A DNA stretch of 64,000 nt from Ostreococcus lucimarinus (Eukaryota): the NCBI GenBank assembly GCA_000092065.1, contig CP000600.1; one strand, 5' to 3'. Shown here piece after piece: positions 20,135 to 30,181 of the stretch. The translations under genes and the position numbers were made by a program. A model generated the notes under the pieces. It saw only the letters and a list, made by a program, of their open reading frames with translations, was not told where the DNA came from and did no database searches. Within the stretch, counting starts at the first letter, position 1. Every line of letters begins with the position of its first letter.

Positions 20135-21088
20135 ATGCCAGTCATAGCCATCACCCTCACCGTCGTCAGCGCGTGCGCGATCAACGTCGGCAAGGGAATC
20201 CAGAAAAAAGCGTCCAAATCGCTCCCGAAGCTCAGCCTCGCGTCGCTCCGTTCGTACCTGACGGACCCGAATTGGCGCCGCGGGTTGGAGTTGGACGTCA
20301 TCGGCGGCGCGGGAATGCTGCTCGCGCTGTCCATCGCGCCGATGAGCGTGGTGCAGCCCGCGAGCGCGAGCGGGGTGGCGATTTTAGCCGTGGTGAGTCA
20401 CGCGTACTTGGGAGAGAGCCTGACGCTGCGCGAGTGGAAGGGCGTCGCGTCGTGCGGGTTCGGCATCGCGGTGCTGTCGAAATTCGCTCGAGGCGGCGGT
20501 GAAACGCGCGCACTGGGAGCGTTTAGATTGATGGTGGCGATCGGCCTCGGATTCGCGTGCCTGGCGACGCCGAGCGTGATCTCGCACAGGTTTAGAAGCG
20601 GCGCGTCGGCGTCGGCGGCGAAGCGATACGAGTTAATAAAAATCGGTGCGCAGTGCGGGACGTGCTTCGCGCTGAGCGCGTTCAGCGTGAAAGCAGCGAT
20701 GGGATTCTTATACGCGTGGCGGTTGTTCAGCGCCCCGATCGCGTTCGGCGTGAGCGGGACGTTGACGGCGATGGGGCTGTACTTTCAAACAGCCGGCTTC
20801 AGAGAGGCGGGCGACGTCTCCATCGTCGTCGTCTGCGTCGCCGGAAACGTCGCGCAGATGTTCGTCGCCGCGCTGTACGGTCTCATCATTCTCAGCGAAC
20901 CGCTGCCGGAGACCATTCCAGCGTTCATCGGCTGGATCATGTCGTGGGTGTTCATCACGTACGGCGTCGTCGCGCTCTCCGGCGCCGACTCCGCGTCTTC
21001 GTTGGTCAAGGCGCGCGAAGTTCGCGGGGCGCCCATCTTACCCACCGCCATCGGTCCCGGCGCGATGCCGCCTTTCAAAACCAATTAG
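20135..21088 (+). CDS. NIPA-like/DUF803 multi-pass membrane (Mg2+) transporter family protein
   Basis: ORF 19802..21088 (+), trimmed to ATG 20135 (MPVIAITLTVVSACAINVGKGIQKKASK...). About 9 hydrophobic helices with NIPA-like N-terminal motifs. Confidence 0.6.
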   Translation: MPVIAITLTVVSACAINVGKGIQKKASKSLPKLSLASLRSYLTDPNWRRGLELDVIGGAGMLLALSIAPMSVVQPASASGVAILAVVSHAYLGESLTLREWKGVASCGFGIAVLSKFARGGGETRALGAFRLMVAIGLGFACLATPSVISHRFRSGASASAAKRYELIKIGAQCGTCFALSAFSVKAAMGFLYAWRLFSAPIAFGVSGTLTAMGLYFQTAGFREAGDVSIVVVCVAGNVAQMFVAALYGLIILSEPLPETIPAFIGWIMSWVFITYGVVALSGADSASSLVKAREVRGAPILPTAIGPGAMPPFKTN

Positions 21089-21222
21089 CCCTGTACAGTT
21101 GTAGTGTTGAGCGAGCGGCTCTCAGCTCTTTTCGCTCGCGCGGCGCGTCCAACCGTCGTCGCGCGCGCGCGCTCCCGCACACGCCGTCGCGTCGCGTCGC
21201 GTCGACGCGCCGCGCGAGCGCG

Positions 21223-23433
21223 ATGTCGAAGGCGTGGCTCGATCACGATAAACTCTCGGCGACGGCGGCGGCGATGGGCGCGAAGCTCAAGGCGCAGGCG
21301 TCGGCGACGGTGCGCGAGCTCGTCGACACGAACGCGGTCGAGCGCGGCGTCGCGACGACGACGACGCGCGCGGACGACGCGATGGACGCCGACCCGCGCG
21401 CGCGCGAATTGACCGAGCTCACCGAGCTGCTGCAAGCGAAGGACGAGGAACTGATGGCGCTGAAGGATGCGCTGCGGCGCGTCGCCGAGGACGGCGGCGG
21501 CGGCGGCGGCGGCGCGACTCGACGCGACGCGGCGCTCGCGACGGGCGCGGTCGAGGGATACGAAAAAGAGATGAAGAAATTACGGGACGGTAAGGCGTGG
21601 GCGGAGGAGGAGGCGAAAGCGTTCGAGAAGGAGTGCGACGAGGCGCGCGCCGAGGCGAGCGAGGCGACGAGGAAGCTCGAGGCGTTGGAGAAGGAACTGG
21701 AACGGGCGCAGAAAGGGGAACGGGTCGAGAGCGAGGCGCGCATACCGAGTGATGGGAACGGTGACGACAACGCGGCGTCGCGTGAGGCGCTGGAATCGAT
21801 GACGAAGGAACGCGACGACGCCGTGGAGAAAGCGCAAAGCATGAAAACCGTAAACGACGGCGTCTTGCAGCAACTGAAGAGCATGAAAGGCGTAAATGAG
21901 ACGCTTCAAAAACAACTCAAAGAGTACGCCGAGCTCGTACCAACGATTCGGAAGGCACTGGATGACGCTCGAGCGGAGACGGCCGAATTGGCCGAGAGTT
22001 TGGCGAGCGCGCGCAAAGAAGCCGAAGACGCGACGACGGCGGTGTCTGATTCGCAAGCCTTGAAGAAGACAAACGAGGCGCTGGAAAGAAGACAAAAGAG
22101 CCTGGAAAACGAGATCGTGGTACTCAAGAATAAAATAGAGAATAGCAAACAGGTGCAGTCTGACGTCGAGGCGGCGAAGGAACGTGTGAGCGCTGGCGCG
22201 TTGAAGAAATCGCTCGCGGCGACGGAGGAGAAACTCGCGGCGGCGAACGCTCAAATCAAGACGTTAAGGACGGATTTATCAGTCAAACATAGCGAATCGA
22301 ACGCACTTGCTGAGTCGAAAGAAAAGGGTGAGTCGGAACTACGACGTCTTCGAGAAGAGTTGAAGTCGCTCACCGGCGCCGTCGCCGAGCGAAACGTCGC
22401 TATGACGGAACTCGCAGAACTTCGCACGGAGCTTGCGGACGCCAAGCGTTCGCTTGAAACGAGCTCATTTGCCGGTTCGAGTATAGAAGACGTCACGTCG
22501 GCGCGCGATAAGGCTGAAAGCGAGCTCTTGACGATGGCGCGTCGCGTCGCGAAGCTTGAGCAACAGTTGTTGGATGCGCAGCGCGCGCAAGACGACGCGA
22601 TGGCGGACGTTGCGAGTAAAGTTGATCAATCGGTGAGAAATGACCGAGACGAGATCGAAAAGTTGAAATCACGCTGCGATGAACTCGAGTCGGCTCGCGA
22701 CGACGCTGTGAAACGTGTGGAGAGCTTATCCGCCGAGGCCAGCGCGTCTCGATCAGCCTTAGCTGAGGCGCAAAAAATCGCCGCTGAAGCCGAAAGTGTT
22801 CGTGCGGAGCTCAATTCCAGAATTGAAGCGGCAGAAATACGCATCATGAACGCAAATGCCCTCGCAGATGCGTCGAAAAATGCGTTAGAGGAGTACAAAC
22901 GCAAATCTACCGAGTCCACTCGAGCGGTGCAAGACGCGCTTCGATCCGAGCGTGACGCCGCGATGACGGCTGCTTCGGCGGCGGAGCGCGATCGCGACGC
23001 GTGGAGTGAAAAGTGCACCGAAGCTCGCGATACGCTCGACAGATGGCGCGAAAAAGCACGCAAGCTAATGGCTGACAAGGATGCCGAACTCGAACTCGCC
23101 CGCGGCGCCGCGGCGCCGTTACGATCAAAGTCTAGACTCTTCGACGACGACGCCGACGATGGGTCAGACGATGCCAAAGTCGAATCTCCATCCATCGCAG
23201 ATGCGAGCAAGCCCGCTCGAGTCGACGACGTTCACGCCGAGTATCTCGCCGCCGTCGTCAAACGCTTCTTGTTGCTGCCGTACGACGCCTACGATCGTGG
23301 CGATGCCCTCGTGCCCGTCATTTGCACCATCCTCGGGTTCGGCAAAGAGGATGAATTTCGTATTCGCGCACACCGCGCTTCTCAGCGCGTCAAGTCATCC
23401 TCTTCCAAGTTTCTCGGCGGCGTCTTCGGTTAG
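21223..23433 (+). CDS. GRIP-domain golgin-like long coiled-coil protein
   Basis: ORF 20653..23433 (+), trimmed to ATG 21223 (MSKAWLDHDKLS). About 650 aa of heptad-rich coiled coil, then a C-terminal GRIP-like motif HAEYLAAVVKRFLLLPYDAYDRGDALVPVICTILGF. Confidence 0.6.
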   Translation: MSKAWLDHDKLSATAAAMGAKLKAQASATVRELVDTNAVERGVATTTTRADDAMDADPRARELTELTELLQAKDEELMALKDALRRVAEDGGGGGGGATRRDAALATGAVEGYEKEMKKLRDGKAWAEEEAKAFEKECDEARAEASEATRKLEALEKELERAQKGERVESEARIPSDGNGDDNAASREALESMTKERDDAVEKAQSMKTVNDGVLQQLKSMKGVNETLQKQLKEYAELVPTIRKALDDARAETAELAESLASARKEAEDATTAVSDSQALKKTNEALERRQKSLENEIVVLKNKIENSKQVQSDVEAAKERVSAGALKKSLAATEEKLAAANAQIKTLRTDLSVKHSESNALAESKEKGESELRRLREELKSLTGAVAERNVAMTELAELRTELADAKRSLETSSFAGSSIEDVTSARDKAESELLTMARRVAKLEQQLLDAQRAQDDAMADVASKVDQSVRNDRDEIEKLKSRCDELESARDDAVKRVESLSAEASASRSALAEAQKIAAEAESVRAELNSRIEAAEIRIMNANALADASKNALEEYKRKSTESTRAVQDALRSERDAAMTAASAAERDRDAWSEKCTEARDTLDRWREKARKLMADKDAELELARGAAAPLRSKSRLFDDDADDGSDDAKVESPSIADASKPARVDDVHAEYLAAVVKRFLLLPYDAYDRGDALVPVICTILGFGKEDEFRIRAHRASQRVKSSSSKFLGGVFG

Positions 23434-23520
23434 CGACGTCGTCGTTCGGCTCGCGCGTAGCGTTGTCGTCCCAGTCACCTCACTCTCTCGCGCAGCTTTC
23501 GAAACATCGCGCGTCCAGCG

Positions 23521-24441
23521 ATGTCGTTCAAAACATTCACGACGACACCCTCGCGCGCGCACGGCGCGACGGCGCGCGCGACGGCGTCGTCGACGCGAAT
23601 TGGACAAAAAAGTGCACGACCGGCGGCGGCTCGAAATCGCGGTGCCACGCGCGCGCACGCGCGCGATGACGCGCCCGCGAGCGAAGGACGCACCGTGGAC
23701 GCTCTGAATAAGCTCTCGTCGCTGTATGAAAGCGAAAGCGAACGAGACGAACGAATCCGGGCGACCCAACGCGAACGCGACGCCATGGAGGGACTGGGGT
23801 TAGCGGACGCGTTCAAGACGGCGAAGCGAGGAAGCAAAACGAGACGAGATTTCGCGCGAAAACGCACGTACGGCGTCACGCGAACGTCCTTTGGGGCGGT
23901 GGTTGAGCTTGGATGCGCGGCAGAAGTGGTGTACGGGTATTGGACCACGCCGGCGGCGTTGGCGGAGACGCTGCCGGAGCTGGAAAAGTGCGAGGCGGCG
24001 GCGGACGGCGGGCGGGCGCGGTGTGAGTGGGTGTACGCGTTCGGAGACATTAGGAAGAAACACGGAAGAACGGCGGTCGATGCGGTGGAGCGACATCTTT
24101 CGGTTGTGAAGGCGACGGAGTTGGAGGCGGGATCGAGCGTGCGATACGAAGCGACGGCTGGTATGCCCGTCGGCGCGGACATCGCGGTGACGTCCACGGG
24201 TGCGAATTCGTGCACTTTAGACATCGACGCGTGGGTGCACCTGCCCCTATCGCTCACGCACACGTCGGGAACGATGGCCGTGGCCCTGGACGTGCAAGAT
24301 AAGTTTTACCAAGCGTTGGCGGCGTTTAAGACGCTTTGCGACGAGGGCGACGCCGCGGCGCGACTGGAAGAAATCAAATCTAGCGCCCGCGACGCGTGCG
24401 CCGTCGGCGATCGACCGAATTTCCAGTTTCGAGGAAAGTAA
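23521..24441 (+). CDS. Hypothetical organelle-targeted protein, possibly an SRPBCC/polyketide-cyclase-like fold
   Basis: ORF 23521..24441 (+). Transit-peptide-like N-terminus. The fold assignment is weak. Confidence 0.4.
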   Translation: MSFKTFTTTPSRAHGATARATASSTRIGQKSARPAAARNRGATRAHARDDAPASEGRTVDALNKLSSLYESESERDERIRATQRERDAMEGLGLADAFKTAKRGSKTRRDFARKRTYGVTRTSFGAVVELGCAAEVVYGYWTTPAALAETLPELEKCEAAADGGRARCEWVYAFGDIRKKHGRTAVDAVERHLSVVKATELEAGSSVRYEATAGMPVGADIAVTSTGANSCTLDIDAWVHLPLSLTHTSGTMAVALDVQDKFYQALAAFKTLCDEGDAAARLEEIKSSARDACAVGDRPNFQFRGK

Positions 24442-24628
24442 ATCATAGCCAACGAGCGTCGTCGTGTATCTGACAATTAGAGCTGTTTTGACTCGCGTTC
24501 GTCGCCGGGCGCGTTCGCCTCGTCTCGCAGCGCAGCGCACGCGCCGCCGCACACACGCGCGCGCGCTCCGCCTTCGTCCTCGCCGGCGACCGCGCGCGTC
24601 TTCACCGCACTCCTGTCCACCGCGAACG

Positions 24629-25732
24629 ATGTCCGCGCCCGCGCGCGCGTCGCACGCGTCGCCGCAACGCGTCTTTTCAAACGCCGCGTCGAAATTTCGC
24701 GCGCGTCAAACGCCGTCGAAATCCGCCCGCGCGCGCCGCGTTCGCGCGAAGGCGACGCACGATGATGCCCTTCGCAAGTCGCAAGCGCTCGAAGCGCTCG
24801 ATGCGTGCGTGACGGCGTCGGATTTGGGCACGGGGACGAAGTACGAGGGCAAGGTTCGGGACACGTACGTGACGGGCGACACGATGATCGCTGTGACGAC
24901 GGATCGACAGTCCGCGTTCGATCGACACTTGGCGTACATTCCTTTTAAGGGGGCGGTGCTGAATCAGACGAGCCAGTGGTGGTTTAAACAAACCGAACAC
25001 ATCGTGCCGAATGCGGTGGTGGCGACGCCGGATCCAAACGTGACGGTGATGCGAAGGTGCGAGGTGTTCCCGATCGAGTTCGTCGTTCGAGGATATCTCA
25101 CTGGAAGCACGTCGACGTCACTGTGGACGCATTATAAAACCGGGGGTAGGAATTATTGCGGAAACGCGCTGGACGATGGGATGGTGAAGAACCAAAAACT
25201 GCCGGCGAATATCGTGACGCCGACGACGAAGGAGAAGGAACATGACAGACCTATTTCGTTAGAAGATATAGTGAAGGAGGGGTGGATGAAGCAAGATGAT
25301 TTGGACTACTGCGTCGCTAAGACGCTGGAAGTTTTCGCTTACGCGCAAGAAGTCGCGGCGACGCGCGGGCTGATTCTGGTCGACACCAAGTATGAATTTG
25401 GCCGCGACGCCGACGGCACGATTCGACTCATCGATGAAATCAACACGCCAGATAGCTCGAGATACTGGTTGTCGAACTCGTACGTGGAGCGCCACGCTGC
25501 TGGTATGGAGCCCGACATGATCGATAAAGAGTTCTTGCGTTTGTGGTTCGCGGAGAGGTGCGATCCGTACAAGGACGAGACGCTTCCAGAAGCGCCGGCG
25601 GATCTCGTCGCCGAGCTCAGCTCGAGGTACGTCAAGCTTTACGAAATGATCACGGGAGAAACCTTCGATGTGCCACCCGCGGGTGTTGACGTGAACAAAC
25701 GCATGCGCGACGCATTGAAGGGAGTCATTTAA
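24629..25732 (+). CDS. PUR7: Phosphoribosylaminoimidazole-succinocarboxamide (SAICAR) synthetase, PurC/PUR7, with transit peptide
   Basis: ORF 24464..25732 (+), trimmed to ATG 24629 (MSAPARASHA). Conserved GKVRDTY, SAFDRHL, YLTGST, LVDTKYEFG. Confidence 0.85.
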   Translation: MSAPARASHASPQRVFSNAASKFRARQTPSKSARARRVRAKATHDDALRKSQALEALDACVTASDLGTGTKYEGKVRDTYVTGDTMIAVTTDRQSAFDRHLAYIPFKGAVLNQTSQWWFKQTEHIVPNAVVATPDPNVTVMRRCEVFPIEFVVRGYLTGSTSTSLWTHYKTGGRNYCGNALDDGMVKNQKLPANIVTPTTKEKEHDRPISLEDIVKEGWMKQDDLDYCVAKTLEVFAYAQEVAATRGLILVDTKYEFGRDADGTIRLIDEINTPDSSRYWLSNSYVERHAAGMEPDMIDKEFLRLWFAERCDPYKDETLPEAPADLVAELSSRYVKLYEMITGETFDVPPAGVDVNKRMRDALKGVI

Positions 25733-25748
25733 TACAATCCTGTTCGTA

Positions 25749-27086
25749 TCATCGCCAAAGTCGAGATTCGACAAGAAACGCGCGCAACTCTTTCAACCCC
25801 TTGTCGACGGCCAGCGCGTCGCGCTTGAAACGCAGCGGCTGCCGCATGTTGGGATTCGTCATCGTTTGCATTTCCGACAGCCAATGCTCCTCGCGCTCGT
25901 CCGCCACGCCGGCATCCATGCCCGCCTCTCGAGCACGCGCCCACATAAATCTCAACCACGCGCGGCGAAAATGGAATTCGTGAATCTCATCGTCGCTCAA
26001 CGCGCTCGAGTCGTCCTCGCTCGCTGCGTTACGTGATATGCTCGAAATCGCCGACGCACGACGCACGTCTGCGAGCGAAACGACGACGCGCTCTTCTATT
26101 CTACGTGACGCCAGATAACGCATCGCGATTTCCACGCCGAGCGCGTCTCTGAAATTCCTCGGCCACGATGGGTTCAAACTCGGTGGAAGCGACGTGTGCG
26201 TGGGACCGGCGTGTTCATCGGGTTGCACACCGTTTTCATCGTTCTCTACGGGCTCTTCGGTGTCCATCGCAGACGCCGATGCGGTCACGAGCGAGGTGTC
26301 TACTTCGTACGACGCCACCGGCTTCGCGCCGGCTTCTATCAAGACGTCGCCAATCTTTCTCGCGATCGATGCGTGCGTGTCGTCCTTCTCGAGGGCGATC
26401 CCAAACGCCCGCGTCCACGTTTCGGCTTCTTGTTTGATGTCCTCATCGATCGGCGCTAAGCCAAGGGCAATCATGAGGTTAAAATATCGCGCGCACCATC
26501 CCGCCTTGAGCGAAAACTCTCTCCGCTGCGCGTCGTCTAATACGTACTGGGACGCCGCCATCTTCGCAGCGCGCACCTCATCTCGTGCCTCCTGATCCCT
26601 CGCTAACGCCTCGTTATCGCGCTCGTTCGCCGAGTAAATCGCCGCCTCAAGCTGCGACGAAAGCATTTCTCTATGCGCCTCGAACTCGTGCTCGCGTCGA
26701 CGCAATTGCGCCTCCAGTCTCGTCAACACCCTCGCTTCACCGACGTTCTCCTCCCTCAGCGCGCGCACGCGCTCCTGCAGCTCCACCACCATCTCCGCCG
26801 ACGTCTTCGCCTTCCTTTCCGCCTCCTCCAGCGCTTCCCGCAACCGCGCGTTCTCCTCTCTCGCCGCCCGCTCGCTTTCCCGTCGCCGCTCCGACTCTCG
26901 CGCCGCCGCGTCGTCATCCGGCGACCGCATCCCCTGTCCCTGCGCGCTCGTCCGCCCGTTCCCTCCACCTCCCGTCGTCGTCGTCGTCGCCCGTTCCCCG
27001 CCCGCGGTTCGCCCTCTATTCGGCGATCGCGCCTCGCCTCGTTCGCGTTCGCGTTCCCCAAACTTTAACCGTTGTCGCGCGTCCAT
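25749..27086 (-). CDS. Hypothetical coiled-coil protein
   Basis: ORF 25749..27341 (-), trimmed to ATG at complement 27084..27086 (MDARQRLKF). Central coiled coil; no family recognised. Confidence 0.4.
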   Translation of the reverse strand: MDARQRLKFGERERERGEARSPNRGRTAGGERATTTTTGGGGNGRTSAQGQGMRSPDDDAAARESERRRESERAAREENARLREALEEAERKAKTSAEMVVELQERVRALREENVGEARVLTRLEAQLRRREHEFEAHREMLSSQLEAAIYSANERDNEALARDQEARDEVRAAKMAASQYVLDDAQRREFSLKAGWCARYFNLMIALGLAPIDEDIKQEAETWTRAFGIALEKDDTHASIARKIGDVLIEAGAKPVASYEVDTSLVTASASAMDTEEPVENDENGVQPDEHAGPTHTSLPPSLNPSWPRNFRDALGVEIAMRYLASRRIEERVVVSLADVRRASAISSISRNAASEDDSSALSDDEIHEFHFRRAWLRFMWARAREAGMDAGVADEREEHWLSEMQTMTNPNMRQPLRFKRDALAVDKGLKELRAFLVESRLWR

Positions 27087-27562
27087 CCATTCGTTCCCTT
27101 TTTTCCCCCGTTCCCGCGCCTCGCTCGCCGATTTCGCCGCGGTCGCGCGCCGCGTCGCGAATCGCTCGCCGTCGCCCTCGCGCGCGCGTTCGCGCGGCGT
27201 CGGCGCCGGCGGTTCGACGTCGACCTTTCGCGCCAACCTGCGTCGTCGAGCGATTCGCGTCAGTCTTCCCTCTCGCGGCGTCGCGCGCGCGTCGCGAATC
27301 GTCGCGCGCGCCGCGCGCGCGTCGCGCGATGTCTCTCGCACCTCGCCGCGACGTCGCGCGCGCGATCGAGCATCGCGCGCGTCGCGACGCGCGTCGAGCG
27401 CGCGTGTGACGTCACAGTCGCGCGCTCAAATCGAACATGCGCGCGCGCGCGTGCGCCTCGCGCGCGATTCCGCGCGCGGCGATCGCGCCGAGACGCGCGA
27501 ACGCGCGGTCGACGACGCGAACGGCGCGCTCGATCGCGGCGCGGGCGTCGAGAGAGGAGGAA

Positions 27563-28535
27563 ATGATGGCGAAACTCATGGGGATGATGGGACTCGGCGG
27601 CGACGGCATCGTCGCCGCGGCGGACGCGCTTCCGGGACGCGCGCAGGCGATGCGCGTGAGCGATCAGCACTACGTCTTGAAGGGGCACGCGATGCGCGCG
27701 CCGTTTCCCGAAAATCTCGAGCGGGCGACGTTCGCGACGGGGTGCTTTTGGGGGACGGAGAAGGTGCGACGACGACGACGCGAGCGCGACGCGGTGAGGG
27801 CGAGGGCGACGATCGAGACTGACGGGAGATTGCGGTGCGCGCGATAGATGTTCTGGCGCGTGCCGGGCGTGTACACGACGGCGGTGGGGTACGTCGGCGG
27901 TCACACGCCGAACCCGACGTACGAGGAGGTGTGCAGCGGACGCACCGGACACACCGAGTGCGTGCAAGTGCTCTACGATCCAGCCGTGGTGTCGTTCGCG
28001 GATTTGTTGGCGATGCACTGGACGTGCCACGATCCGACGCAGGGTAACCGACAAGGAAACGACCGAGGGACGCAGTACAGAAGCGGGATTTATTGCGACA
28101 CCGAGGCGCAGTTGGCCGTCGCGAAGGACTCCGCCGAGGCGTATTCCGAGGCGTTGAAAGCGGCGGGGAAGAATGGGGCGATCACGAGCGAAATCAAGGG
28201 ACCGGGCGATACGTTTTATTACGCCGAGGACTACCACCAGCAGTAGTGCGTGCATCGAACGCTTTCGCGTCTCGTCTCGAGCGTCTCGTCTCGCGAGCGC
28301 GAAGCGCGCCGACTGACCGACGACGCGTCTCGACCACCACAGTTTGGCCAAACCGCGCAGCCGACCGTACTGCTCCGCGCAACCGACGGGCGTGCCCGTG
28401 CCCGAGGCCTGGCTCAAGGCTAACGGCGCCAAATTCGGCGCTGGTTACTGGAAAACCTTCGGCCCCGCGCCCGGCTGCACCATCAACGTGCCCAACGCGC
28501 CCGTGACGCTCGAAGAAGCCCTGGCGGCCAACTAA
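27563..28535 (+). CDS. msrA: Peptide methionine sulfoxide reductase A, copy 1. Three exons: join(27563..27763,27848..28245,28343..28535).
   Basis: Three track ORFs (27437.., 27848.., 28344..) are joined by introns of 84 and 97 nt (GTGCGA/GTGCGT donors, CTGAC branch, TAG/CAG acceptors). The spliced protein GCFWGTEK|MFWRVPGV...YHQQ|[17 protein letters not shown] is colinear with the intronless paralogue downstream. An alternative upstream in-frame start at 27437 would add a transit-like peptide. Confidence 0.8.
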
Positions 28536-28675
28536 CGCGCTCGAGCCGCATCACGCACTCTCGTTGTCATTCAAATCATTCAACGCACGCGAACGGACGA
28601 CGTCACGCGGGAACAACGCGACGCAACGCAATCCATCGTCCCGCCTCCGCGCCACTCTCCGCCTCGCGCGTCCCG

Positions 28676-29431
28676 ATGCAACAGTTGAAGAACATCTTCC
28701 GCGGCGCGTCCGCGTCGCAATCTCGCGCCCCGATCGTCGTCTCCTCGACGCATTACGTGTTGAAAACCGACGTGAAGCGAACGCCGAGCGGGCACGACGT
28801 CGTCGTCGTCGCCACGGGTTGTTTTTGGGGCGCGGAAAAGATGTTTTGGCGACTGCCGGGCGTGCACAGCACGTCGGTCGGGTACGTCGGCGGACGCGCG
28901 ACGAACCCGACGTACGAGGAGGTGTGCTCGGGCTCGACGGGACACACCGAGTGCGTTAAAGTGACGTACGACCCGCGGAAGGTGTCGTTCGCGGATTTGT
29001 TGGCGATGCACTGGACGTGCCACGACCCGACGCAGGGCGACGGGCAAGGCAACGACCGCGGGACGCAGTACAGGAGCGGGATTTATTGCACGACGGACGC
29101 GCAGTTAGCGATGGCGAAAGACTCGGCGAAAGCGTACGGGGAAGCGCTGCGGGCGGCGGGGAAGAGTGGGGCGATCACGAGCGAAATCAAGGGACCGGGC
29201 GATACGTTTTATTACGCCGAGGACTACCACCAGCAATACTTGGCCAAGCCCGGAAGCCGGCCGTATTGTTCGGCGCAACCGACGGGGGTGCCGATGCCCG
29301 TGACGTGGCTCGAGACGAACGGGGCGAAGTTTGGCGCCGGATTTTGGGCGAAGTACGGCCCGAAACCGACGTGCACGATTGGCGTGCCGAACGAACCGAT
29401 TTCGTCGGAAGACGCGTCCGCGGCGCGGTGA
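28676..29431 (+). CDS. msrA: Peptide methionine sulfoxide reductase A, copy 2 (intronless tandem paralogue)
   Basis: ORF 28676..29431 (+): [16 protein letters not shown]...[23 protein letters not shown]. Roughly 75% identical to copy 1 at the protein level. Confidence 0.85.
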   Translation: MQQLKNIFRGASASQSRAPIVVSSTHYVLKTDVKRTPSGHDVVVVATGCFWGAEKMFWRLPGVHSTSVGYVGGRATNPTYEEVCSGSTGHTECVKVTYDPRKVSFADLLAMHWTCHDPTQGDGQGNDRGTQYRSGIYCTTDAQLAMAKDSAKAYGEALRAAGKSGAITSEIKGPGDTFYYAEDYHQQYLAKPGSRPYCSAQPTGVPMPVTWLETNGAKFGAGFWAKYGPKPTCTIGVPNEPISSEDASAAR

Positions 29432-29545
29432 ATTCCATCGACGTCGATCGCGGTGGGGTGTTGTTTACCATGTTTTTACTTTTTACACGTGAAAGCTCGA
29501 TCAGTTGTAACCGAAGATTTAGATCGCTAAGCGTCGCGCGCGCGC

Positions 29546-29618
29546 GCGTCGTCGAGGTCGCGCGGTTACAATCGCGTCGAGCGTCGTCGAGGTCGCGCGG
29601 TTACAATCGCGTCGAGCG
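29546..29618. repeat. Two direct tandem copies of a ~36-nt unit (cgtcgtcgaggtcgcgcggttacaatcgcgtcgag) in a convergent intergenic / 3'UTR region
   Basis: Seen directly in the sequence between the MsrA copy 2 stop (29431) and the Yos1 stop (29633). Confidence 0.5.
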
Positions 29619-29632
29619 TCGCGTCTCGCGGC

Positions 29633-29872
29633 TCACCCGAAGACCACCTTGACGAAGACGACGATCGCGTTCAGCGCGATCAGGGGCACGCGCAGGTACG
29701 TCGCGGCGTTGATGACGCCGATGATCTGTCCCTTGGCGCTCGCGGGCGCGACCGCGCCGTCGCGGACGTCGCGCGCGGTGAGTCCGCGCTTCGCGAGGAA
29801 GCGCGGCTCGTTGAGGATCGCGACCGCGTTCGCGGCGAGCAGCGCGCTCTGCGTGAGCGTCCAGAGCGTCAT
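29633..29872 (-). CDS. Yos1/IER3IP1-like small ER-Golgi membrane protein (79 aa)
   Basis: ORF 29633..30085 (-), trimmed to the internal ATG (MTLWTLTQSALLAANAVAILNEPRFLAKRG...QIIGVINAATYLRVPLIALNAIVVFVKVVFG). This parallels IER3IP1 (FTLYSLLQAALLCVNAIAVLHEERFL...MRVPLIILN). Confidence 0.65.
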   Translation of the reverse strand: MTLWTLTQSALLAANAVAILNEPRFLAKRGLTARDVRDGAVAPASAKGQIIGVINAATYLRVPLIALNAIVVFVKVVFG

Positions 29873-30181
29873 GACGCGCGCGGGCGCTCGCGTCGAGGCG
29901 CCGTCGCGGTCGAGGCGCCGCGCGGCGTCGCGCGCGGCGCTGTGGCGTCGCGACGCGCGTTCAACGAATCGTGCGGGGCAATCGACGAGTCGTGACTCGA
30001 GAGGTGGGACGAGAGACACGATGGTGTTCGCGTCGATCGCGCGCGATCGCCGCACACCCGCGCGCGCCTCGACGCGCCGCCGCACGCCGCGCCGAACGCG
30101 CCGCGCGCACGCCCGTTCGCCCGCGCGCTCGCGCGCGAGAGACGCACCGCCCGAGCGCAGGACGCGCGCGCGAGAGACGCG

